Under the pieces are notes generated by a model that saw only the letters and a list, made by a program, of their open reading frames with translations, did no database searches and was not told the DNA's origin. The position numbers and the translations under genes were made by a program. From the NCBI RefSeq assembly GCF_964355755.1, contig NC_092670.1, positions 37,436,388-37,500,387 on the forward strand: a stretch of DNA of 64,000 nt, in the 5' to 3' direction. Positions 24,517 to 36,200 of this stretch are shown here, piece by piece (the first letter of the stretch is position 1; each line of letters begins with the position of its first letter). This DNA comes from Antedon mediterranea (lineage: Eukaryota > Animalia > Echinodermata).

Positions 24517-24931
24517 GGTAGGTTGAGTGAGGTAATCTAATTCTGTTTATATTTATATTGTGTAACTATAACTTAAATATGTAGATTTGTATCTTTATCG
24601 AAACCTAAGTTTATGTAGCATAAATAGGCTGTGAAAAGGAGAGTGACCAGTTAGGTAAGTCAATTATAGTTTGCACTAGACAGCATCAACATACTATATT
24701 ACATTACAGCATAACCTTGAATATTTAAACCAATTAATTAGACTACCCTAATGTAATATTATTTATATTACTATTAATATACTTATATATATATATATAT
24801 ATATAAATCCAAAGGCAAATTACTGAAAAAAATGACAATGCTGTGGGTATCAGTGGCTGGATCTCAATGGAGATACAAAAATAAAAAGCGAAAAGCTAAA
24901 TCAAAACGATAAAGTAAACAGCCAGAAAAGT

Positions 24932-24972
24932 TAGCAGAGCTTTCGGGCAACACTAGCCCTTCATCAGTGCAA
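24932..24972 (-). ncRNA. Minimal type I hammerhead ribozyme (Penelope-type)
   Basis: Minus strand reads UUGCA-CUGAUGA-A-GGGC-UAGUGUU-GCCC-GAAA-GC-UC-UGC: canonical core, 4-bp stem II, palindromic AGCU stem III. Lies in a ~250-bp segment bounded by (TA)n tracts (~24785-25057). Confidence 0.8.
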
Positions 24973-25245
24973 GTGAAGGAATTTGGATAACGTCATAGTA
25001 TAAAGCTGGCAAGTGCTGCCTGGGTGGACAGGAATAAAATATATATATATATATATAGTATTATATTGCCAAGCAAAAAAAATAATTCCCTATTGACATA
25101 ATCATATTATCATCACTACCATGTACGTTTATTCTTCAATACTCATTTCACTACTGTCGTCATATTTGCTTTGGAACCGAACATTTATATAATCTTTACT
25201 TTTATAAAATTAAATACACTGTCTGTGTCCTTTCTTGTACTACAG

Positions 25246-26375
25246 AATTTGACTGACAAAAAAAGACAGACATGACAAGAAGAACAAAAAAAGTCACGAC
25301 TTTAAAAACGTCTGTACGACTAATTCAAGCGGAGCACTCGCGTCTCAAGTATATACGACTGATTGTTGCTGATTGAACTGATTCAGACGGTGTGCCGAGA
25401 AAAAAAAAATGATTAGCAAAAGAGTACGACTGACCAGACAAAATCAAGGACCTGAAGTATTTGACCCACCATTGTGTCTGACCGTCAAAGTCTGCTGGAC
25501 TTTTGACAATGCTGTAACTGACTGCATTGGCCCCTCTGGTTCAGGACAAGCATCTGGAAACTTATGTCACTCCGATTGTGATTGACCAAGACCTTCGATT
25601 CTTACATATTGGAGTATGACGCATATGGGAATGTTTTTTCCCATGATTGACAGACCCTACATTCCAGGAGACCAACCTTATTACGGTGTTTCTGACTTTC
25701 TACATACTGTATATTCAAAATATATTAATGTATACAGTAGTGCCAGAATGACGTAGGCTCTTCTCCAGACATACATTAGTACCAGTATGACATAGCCTCT
25801 TCTACAGACGCACAGTAGTGCCAGAATGACGTAGGCTCTTCTCCAGACATACATTAGTACCAGTATGACATAGCCTCTTCTACAGACGCACAGTAGTGCC
25901 AGAATGACGTAGGCTCTTCTCCAGACATACATTAGTACCAGTATGACAAAGCCTCTTCTACAGACGCACTATGACGTAGGCTCTTCTCCAGACATATATT
26001 AGTACAGTACGGTACCAGTATGACATACGCTCTAATCCAGACATACAGTAGTGCCAGAATGACTGGCTCTACTCCAGGATTGTTTTCACGAATACGAATT
26101 GAAGTACTGTAATGACTTGACTATATCCAGCATCAAGATGTTGGTACTGTCACAATTCGACGGCCCATGTTGACTTCTTGTGTAAAGTGAAAATGCGACT
26201 GACAACGACGCAATCTTCCAACTGACATAACCTAAGGATATGTACTAAATGTAAGGAAGAAATTATCTGGCACAATATTTAAAAATAATTTTAAAAATTT
26301 TATTTGTACGCACATGCTTTTAATTTTCTGCCTCATTTTTATTGTGAATAAAAATAATGCACTGGCTAATGCCTT
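25246..26375 (+). other. RBM45: Non-coding last exon / 3'UTR of RBM45, GAC-rich
   Basis: Donor G|GTAGGT one base after the stop (24517/24518), pyrimidine tract plus TACAG acceptor ending at 25245, AATAAA at ~26347. Confidence 0.7.
25735..26076 (+). repeat. 78-bp tandem repeat (two related ~39-bp halves), ~3 good copies plus degenerate ones
   Basis: cagtagtgccagaatgacgtaggctcttctccagacatacattagtaccagtatgacatagcctcttctacagacgca. Confidence 0.9.
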
Positions 26376-26549
26376 TCATTAATTTTAATTTTCTGTTGTA
26401 ACTTTTGTGAAATATGTATGGAATCATTAAATTTAAGAAACAAATGGAAGTGGTTTTGTGTATTTATTGAGTCATTTTTGTATTGCTGTACTGTAATATT
26501 ACAGCCGTCTGCTTACACAAAGATCAACTATTATAATAATTAACCAGTT

Positions 26550-26808
26550 AGCTTACACAAAGACCGTTGACAGATGCTGCAGTCCTAGAAAGCCCATCAG
26601 CCTTCATTAGAAAAGTTCGTATTCATTTGGATTCGCTGTAACTGTATTTTGTCTTTACGTCTTTCATGTGTAAACTGACTTTGGGGTTGGGTCAACCGGC
26701 TCAGCTACAGTGATTAAGTTCACTTAGGTTGACCCTGGTCTCCCCAATTTCAGTTCTTTTTGTTTTGTATATACTTAAATAGACCAAACAAATAATGAAA
26801 TGAAATGA
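26550..26808 (+). mobile_element. 5'-truncated LINE-like 3' tail flanked by a 29-bp duplication
   Basis: Stem-loop gggtcaacc...ggttgaccc and (tgaaa)n tail; agatcaactatt(a/c)taataattaaccagtt at 26521 and 26809. Confidence 0.6.
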
Positions 26809-27273
26809 AGATCAACTATTCTAATAATTAACCAGTTTTGGTTGCGAATCGAAATTAAGGAGTACAAAAAAGTAAATACCGATTGTATTCAGCAGAGCTT
26901 ATCGATGTTCCATACTTATTTTGTTTTCCTATAAAAATGTTAGGTGGACTTGAAAAAATACATTGATCCAAATTTTTTTTATAACAACTTTTTTCCTGGT
27001 GGAACTTGTCTTAAAGCTCTTTGAGCTTATTTGAGTTTCTGCAGATACAAGGCATTAACTATTAATTTGATTCATATTTTGTCAACATACTTTGAATTTT
27101 GCTTTGTGTAAATAAAATGAATGAATGAATGAAAAAATAGCTGTATTGATAATTATTAATTCAAGTAATTAATACCGATTGACTGAAAGTTGAGAACAAA
27201 GGAAGTGACTTGCATGACAATAGGCCATCTTTGACCTGCAGTTTATCGGCACACTTCAGACTTGAGCCAAAGG

Positions 27274-30200
27274 TCAGTATCCATCCGTACTTAGAATTTT
27301 AAACTGTGCAATGCAGTCCATCAGCCATGACAAGGGCACAGAGCACAGCTTAGCTGTGTTTACAAGCATTGCATCATGCAACGGGCTATTAATGATGTAG
27401 TAACAGCAATTTGGTTGTTGGCTATCCAAGCTGGAATGATAAGCTATGCGACGAGATGATTGTACTATATCGTCATCCATTTTGGGTTCACGAAGGAGAA
27501 GGGTTCCACCACCACACTTGACCAGTTCTCCCAGATCCTTTTTGGATGGTGCGGTAAAACTTCCATGGAAAAAGAAATGACAGCCATCAAACAGAGGTGG
27601 ATACTGCAAAAGATAAATTTATTTGGAGAAATCAAATACAGTAACAATATTGGGGATTGAATGAACGCTCACACGAAGGTCACGTTCACATGAGATTCTC
27701 GGGCATGATTTTGTCAACTGATAGTTGTGTCGGAGAGCGAACCTCAAAATGCCACAAAACAAGCGCTCAAATTAGTAGTCCAGAAGACAACCCAAATATC
27801 ATGTTCTATCTTGAAAGTCTTTGTATATTATAACAACCCACCGGTATATTGACATTAAGATGTTTCTATATTATACAGTAGGCCTAATAATGATTTGTTA
27901 CCTGTGCTGCTGCATTTAGCCTTGCTCTCATTGGACCAGGACTTGATGGTGATGACATCGTACCAGCAACCTCATATAGGCCCTCATCCACTGCTTGTTT
28001 TTCATGCACACACCTCTCAATCCCTGAAATAGTAAATAGTATATTAAATATTAAATTTTGAATTGAATTTATTTATACTGGGTAACCTTTTCAGTTGAAG
28101 ACTAGTCTCCCAGAGGGTCCAGATAAGATCAGTGGCTGTGTGTGTACTAGTACACCGGGGTAACCCCCTACTCGTCTCGAAAGATGTACTAGGTTCTTTA
28201 AAGTGCACACGAGCTAGTTGTGTACACTCGACCTACAGTTTATAGTCCTTATTCGAGAAGACTTGTTCTACCACCAGAACCATTTACATGAAGCGAGTGA
28301 GCCTCGAACCCTTGCCAATGTTATGGCTACGTAATTACGGTTCCAGTGTCTTAACCGCTCGGCCACTCACTCACTGTACAAGTAACAAAACAAATTTGAT
28401 AAAGATGACCAGTTATAGACTAGCCGACTCTCTTGTAGTTTAATAGCACCTCTATGGGTAGTAATAAAGCGTAAACAACTTTTACATGTGACCAAAATTA
28501 ATTTACTACACTTACACTCAAACGATACAATCCACTTTGCTGAAATTACTCCCTGCAGATATTTCAAAGTTCGCAAACAAACGCCACCTGCGCAGGAGGC
28601 TATCACGTGTGTCACATCATCAGTAAATGTTTTCGATATTTCCGCATCTAGCATTCTCGCACATGCTTCCATTGTGTTCTTCTGTTCATTATTTAACCCT
28701 AACAAAGATTGATATAGATACAGTAAGTATCACTGTTGAATAAAGATATGTATAAATTCCTAAAGCTCTGTCTACACTATCAAACTTTGTGACATAATAA
28801 TGTCATACCACTAGTACATACTACCATATTACCATATTTTGGCACATCACACTTTTTTTGTCAAACTAGTTTGAACCAGATGCTTTTTATCTAGCTCAAT
28901 GACTAGTTAACCAGTCTGATTTACAGAATTTACTGATAACATCTGTTAACCTGAAGAAGGTTCTCAGTGTTTCCATTGTTTTTGGAAGAACAATTCTTTA
29001 TTTTGCACAGTGTCCAAAACAAATAGCAGTACAGAATTCTTACCAGTACAAATAAAAACAAACTCATTTGTCTTGGCAACTGTGTTTGTTACGGCCTTCT
29101 CTACCGAATGACCTGCTCGCTCTGTTTCTTGTAAAACCTTTGTTTTCAGAGCATTTTTCATTGCTTTTGTAATTGCCATGCCTGTTGGGGTCAAACCAAA
29201 CATGTTTCTGAAAAATAAATGAAGAAAGTTATTTATTAATTATTTTATGAAAAACAAGTACGTATTATTTGTACGTTTTTTTAATTAACCTGTTCTTACC
29301 GTGCCATAATATTAGCTCCATTTTTTACAAGGACCTTGACAACGTTAATCCGGTTATTGGCCAGAGCATCATGTAGTGGTGAATCATTTTCAAATCCTGG
29401 GGCATCAATCAGAGCTCCATGATCCAGAAGAAGTGATACAACATCAGCATGGCCATGATTGGCTGCCTCATGCTGGAAATAATCATGTGATTTATTATTT
29501 GAAATGCAAGAGACTTCACATTATGGTTTATTAAAGCTTGGTTCCCACTAGGACACAAGGACGCAAAGCAAGCGAGTTGATCAATGACAAGCGACTGTGC
29601 AAATAATACATCGCTTGTGATTGGTCAAATCACTTGCGCTGCATTACATCGTTGTGCTGCATCTCTAGTGAGAACCACGCTATAAAGATAATTGTTTAAA
29701 ATGAAATTTAATGATAAAAAGACGTTTAGGAACCATTCTCAAGAACAAATGAGTAAAATAATTGTTATATATAAAACTGTATACTCTATTATATAACACC
29801 TATATAAATTCCTGTCATTTGATTGGACGAATGTGGGTCACATGGCGTGCAATAGTACGCACTATTCAACGATCGTTAAATAGTACTTTTTGAAACATTT
29901 TTGTGTACGAAAAAAAAACGTCTAGATGTTATATAAAACAAATAATGAATGTTTTGTATTCGTGTAATGGTACAAATAATGGCACTTGGTGAATGATGAA
30001 AGGTTATATCAACTCGGCTTTGCCTCGTTGATATAACCTTTCATCATTCACCTCGTGCCATTATTTGTACCATTGCACTCATAAACATTCATTATTTGTA
30101 TACTAACCAATGGTCTCCAGCCAGCATAATCTCGGACATTAGCATCAGCTCCTTGTTGCAACAACATTTCCACATTCTGGATATCTCCCTATATAAAAAA

Positions 30201-33200
30201 GGGTACATGAACTTAACATAAGATATGGTAAGCACACAATAATCTTGCAAACAAACTATACATACATACATAAATACAATAAATATATTCAATATTCGCC
30301 TTAAAGCAAATTTACACAGACGAGCGGTAATGGTAGAATCTGAATCTCTTATCAGAAACCACCTACACACCACCTCTGCACTTTATGTATATGGTCATAA
30401 GGAATAAAATAGATTCTATATTTTCATTTCTGTTACCATTCATACGTGTAACACCATTGCAAGTTGTAAAGCTGAGCTCTGCCTACGCTATAACATTTTA
30501 TGTGACAAAAAGAGCGTGATATGCCCAAATATGGTAATGATAATAATAACAATGTCCATATATGGGCACATCACACTTTTTTGTCAAACTAGTTTGTTGT
30601 AATGTACCTTAATAGATGCAAGATGCAATGGTGTTTCTCCTTTCTTGTTTCTCTTAAGGTAATCTACTGCCATAGATTTTTTTCCACTTTGTCCTTCAAG
30701 CGAAGATCTCTTTCTTGTATTTGATGGCCGATCTTGATCCAACGAGGATTGCTTTTTAGCTTTTGAAGATACACTTCTATAGAGTGAAGATATTGTTTTC
30801 ATTTTTTTGTCTTCAGATTTATTCTTCCCATTCAGTGTTGATTTCTCAAGTGACAATCGACTACGCGGCTCGTCTTTTGGTGTTGTTTGTTTGTTACCTT
30901 TCTCCTGCAATGAACTCATTCTTTCACAATGTGTTTGATCACCCTCTTGTGATGATCGTTTTCTTTTAGAAGCATCTCTTTTTTCAAAGATTGGTGAAAT
31001 CTTTTGCAAATGGTCACCTCCATTAACCTCTCTTGGTTCAGAATTTTCAACAGTAGGATTTGTTTCTCCTTGCCACATGTCACTTGTAGGCCCATGAGGC
31101 TGTTCATTGCAGGTCTTTTTTTCTTTAACATTAGCGGTTCTTTCACTTTTATGTCTTAAACCCATATCTGATTTAGTGACACTCTCATCTACTTTCCTCA
31201 TTCTTACATCAGAATGCTTTTGCTGCGTTGGTGATGTTTTTCTAGGACTGGTGTTGTCACCATCAATACAATTAGGAACACTGTCAAATTTATCAACAGT
31301 TTCATTACTTTCTGACATCTCAACTGTCATTTCACTACAACTAGCATTTAAAATCAATCTATCGTCATCACCTTTTGATTGTGAATCAACTGATTTATTA
31401 ATTAAATTTAGCTCATCTTCTAAACAACTAAAAGACACTTTTCTTTTCATAAATCTTTTTTTTATTCTCCTGCCTTTGTTACTTTTTAAATCTTGCAAAG
31501 GAATTTTATCCCATTCAGCATTACAACTATCGATCCTCTTTTTTCTCATTTCAGCAGACATTGAGTGTTTTTTGAATGGAGGGCAGTAGTCATCAGGTGT
31601 ACTGTCAGATGTCAATACCGTAGTAGTCAAGAAGCTACTAATCTGTTTCTTCTGTTTACCAAGGTTCTCTTTAAGGAATGCAGTATCTCTTGGACAACGA
31701 GGTCTTCTTGGTATGTTCCTCTTTGTTTTCTTGCTGGTATTCTTTCTCCATGGCGGAATGTACTTTGCTCCTTTTCGTCTATTCGTTTTCTGTTTCACCT
31801 CCTCAACATCATTTTCAGATGTGGTAGATTTATCTTCACATGTATCTTGATCAGTTGACATTTCGCTGTCCATCTCTCTTGCCTGTAAATCCGTCCTACA
31901 GGTATCTAAACATTTTTCAAGTTCTTCAATTTCACTATGTTCTAATGGTGATTTTGAATCCGATTCTAGTTCAGAGTCATGTAAATCATCTATGGAATTT
32001 TCTGTGGAAACATTGTATTGTAACAAGTTAATATTGTCATTATTACAACAATTACGTGATTGTACAGTATTACTACACATTACACACATTTAAATTATAC
32101 TTTAATGTAATTAATAAGTTTGAATGTATAATACTAATTTTAGATTCTTTGTTGTAAAAAATACAAATCAGCTATAGCTATTGTAAGGAGGAAATTGAAT
32201 TTATGTACTCAGTTAATAGATAATAAAAGCAATTAGCAAAAACAGAACTGACCTGTATCTGTAATACCTTGGACACTTGTAGGACACAGCTTGACCAGTC
32301 GTTGCAAACGCTGATACATTTGTACGACAACAGTGAGTTCACGACTGGGTAAGAGGTCTTTCACCCATGCTGGCGAGTCACATTCCGGACAGCTATTCTC
32401 AAGGTGGTTTATAATACAATACCTGAAAGAGATTAAAATAGATTTTTTTTTTAAAGACTAGATTGATATTTCTCAAAAAAATATCAAACATCAACTTAAA
32501 CAGGTATTGTTTTTTAATTTTCAAAACTGGAAATATATATCAAGTATAAAATAATAGATTTATTAACTACAATTTAAAATAAACCAAATACAGAACCAGT
32601 AAATCAATTACATACACTACAGTATTTCTTATTTTTATTGCCAAGAAAAACATTTTCCCAATGTCCTTTCTTGTTCTATAATCATTATCTCCGCAATCAA
32701 TTTCTGCAAGTGACAGAACTTAACTTAAAGATGTATTGAAGATAAATTTAAAAAGACTTTGAATTAGGTTATTTTGTAGTTTACAAAAAAGTTATTCACT
32801 TCCTTCCGTATAAAAAAAATAAAGTTTCCACTTATAAATTTGACTATTTTTTGTTTTAATTAATTACAGTTTTTTCAGGTAAGCAATTTTTTGTCCATCC
32901 AATTTTTGGTTAAAGTGAATAACTATTATGTGACATTAAAATGGCATACTGTATTCAACAAAATAATTTTAAGGGACAATATATCTTTAAGGCAATCATA
33001 GAGATATTGTAAATATCTCTATGATGTAATCCTGAAAAAATATACACACTATGCTATTCTGGCAATTTAATTTTGTCTGACTGACTATTTAAAACTAATT
33101 CACAGGGGACTATTGAACTAGTTTAACATGAGGGCCTAGTGCTGTGTCTAATCAATATTGTCATATCACTAAAGCCCCTTTCTCACAGAGCTGTGTGCCA

Positions 33201-36200
33201 GGAATATTGCGGGAATATACCATTACCATGCCGGTATGGTTTTCTGTGAGAACGGGTCGTCTTGGCATCATGCCGGCATCGACATGACCTGCTTTAGACC
33301 TAGTAATATTCTAGGGATATTCCCCGCAATGTCAGACGGGCATTCTGTGAAAACGTAACGCCGTTATATTCCGGGGTTATATTTAATTCCCCGTCGAGGC
33401 TTTGTTTGACACCTTCGCGCGGTCAAGTGTATCACTTTGGCGCCGATTCAATTCAATTAACAATAATAATAATAATGTCGAACTGGAGGGATAATGAGAT
33501 AAGAGAGCTGCTTAAATAAGGGGACAAGAATCTATAGGCCTCTAGGCTAGGCCATAGCTCTTTGTTGGTGCCTGACCCTTGATCGTCGCCTTGTAAATTG
33601 TACAGCCTTCTAAGGTGTTTTACAGATTGCCGATGACGGCTAATTAATTGCTGTACCTGTATAATATGCACAATATACTGTACATAGCATGTATTGCATA
33701 AATATGCTATAAAGGAAGATAATAATCTGTAACTTAAAATTCGCCGCCATATATCGCTAGACAAAAATATTAACAATAAAGGACACCCTCAATAATTATT
33801 TTATCAGAGACTTTTTATTGGCCGAATATGCCCGACTCCTTTCTTACAGAAAGCCGATATATACCGGTTATATTTCCGGCACGATAGTCCGATGAGAATG
33901 GGTATATGCCGGTAACGATACCGGCACGACGCCACCATAATACCGGTATATTGCAGGCACATCTGTGAGAAAGGTGCTTATCAGTAATGTCACTTCTACA
34001 GGTGAATGCACGATTTATTTGTAAACAAATGTGTATTGAACCGGTCCATTAATCTATTCATTCATTGTGTTTTTTTTTTGTCTAATTTGGTTGAACTGAG
34101 CATACCTTTCAAACAGACATTTCCATGTGTCGCCTACTGTCAAAAGTGTCTCTACTGTATCACAGTAGTTAGTTCGACAACAACGTACTATTTTTAGGTA
34201 AGTATCATTTAAATTTTTTATTTAGAGGTTTAATTGTTTGATATTTCCACTTATAAATCAAAACTGATCAAATCTAGGCCTTATACAACTGGTTAGCTTA
34301 CATTCAATTAATCAATCAATCAAAGTAACATTTATTTTCTTCAAATTAAAACAGTATACAAAATGGTGTAGAGAAAGGTATTTAAATTGAAGAAGGCATG
34401 TTCAAAAAAAGCAAAAAGCTTGTGACAGACATGCCTAAACAAAGATGAGATTTAAACAACACAGAAAAAAAAAATAAAAAAAAAAAATAAAGAAATAACA
34501 AAATATAAATGTACATAAGTTAAACAGTACTCTACAGGTATGTCACTAGAAAGCATAGTGGTTTAATTTTAGAGATGTTTACTCTACTCTAGATAAATTG
34601 TGATTACTACATAACTTTGATTATTATATTGGTTTTTCAATCAAACCAATATTGGCATAACAGCACGTGAGTATGCGGCCATTGACATGGCTTATAGAAA
34701 TTGACTTTTATATCCACTATCAAACCTTACTAGTTGAAAAAATAGTCAATAATTATTGGATAAAAATAATGAATGGTGTGTTTTCTATTTTAGTCCTAGA
34801 TCGACAGAAAATGATTTTATACTTTATAGACAAAAAACTAAATCAAGCAAAACAAGACAAGCAGAATGGATTGTTGGATTCAATTTGCAGTTTTAATCAT
34901 TTTAACCTGGACTATCATTTTATGGCTTCTCCGCAAAATTAATGTATCAGACATTAAAAGTAAACATGTGTTGATCACAGGATGCGATACAGGTTTTGGA
35001 AACATGTTAGCAAAGCGATTGGACAATAAAGGATTCTGTGTGATTGCTACTTGTCTGTATAAAAAAAGTGTTGACAAGTTGACATCTTCATGTTCCGAGA
35101 GCCTATATGCCTTACAAATGGACGTTAGTGACAAGGAGGATATATTGAGAACGTTGGAATTAGTTAAGCAACGGCTTCCTACAGATAAAGGTGAGAATTT
35201 ATACAATCAGCAGTATAACATTTAACTAGATTTGAACTCAACACTTTGATGAGTTAGTTTTTCTCCTACTCCTCCGAAAGATAATTGATATTAAATTAAA
35301 ATATGGGAAATATTGGGATCAAATAACAAGCAATATGCGCTCTATCAAAATTTAATTAACTAGCACAAACGAGAAAAAACCCTATCCTAAAAGATGATCT
35401 AATACAATCACAAGGAGTTATCCGCCAATGTGCGGATAACAAATAAATAGATATTTTGGCCAATATCTATTTACCTTTTATACTATTTATACTAGTGGTA
35501 AATTTCATTGTCATAATTTCATTATTAAGGCCCATTTACACTAGGACGATAACGATCGACGATAAATAGATAAATATGCATTTTTCATACATAAAACAGA
35601 ATTCATCATCAAAGGCAGCGTAATGGTTCTCCTATAGTTATAGGATGCAAACTGTTTATATTCCTTTGACGTCATGATAGTACGAGCAATAAAATCGTGG
35701 CAATACAACGATGTTATGGCTTTTATTTATCATGACGTCATTTGATCGGATTAAAAAAAAAAAATTATTTATCAATGACAGCATAAATGATTGTCCTATA
35801 GTTAAAAAACGAAAACTTTTCCAATTTATTTTGTTTTATGTAAGAAAAATGTATGTGGATCTATTTATCGTCGATCGTTATCGTCCTAGTGTATATGGGC
35901 CTTTAGTGTATGTTTTACTGTAGTTTTCTGAATGCTCCTCTGAGCTGCTTTGATTTAGGATGAAGACTTTTTTAAGATGACCTATTTTGTACAATTTGTT
36001 TTATTTTATGGTGATAATTGCAGGCCTCGAATTTGGGGATTTTAGGGGCAAGGCCATTTGGCCTCCGGTTTTCATTGATTTTAGGGGCACCAAGGCCAAA
36101 TGGGAGGGCACCAAGGCCATTTGTTTTAAATCAAAGGGGCACCAAGGCCAAAATCAAAAAATATTTTAATAACTAGGCCAAAATTTAAAAATAGCTTGTT

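Noticed and set aside
25681-25932. 83-aa repetitive hydrophobic ORF on the minus strand
   Set aside because: Translation of the 78-bp tandem repeat, antisense to the RBM45 3'UTR.
30584-32089. 501-aa ORF as a stand-alone gene
   Set aside because: It is BARD1 exon 4 (30608-32001) plus intronic run-through.
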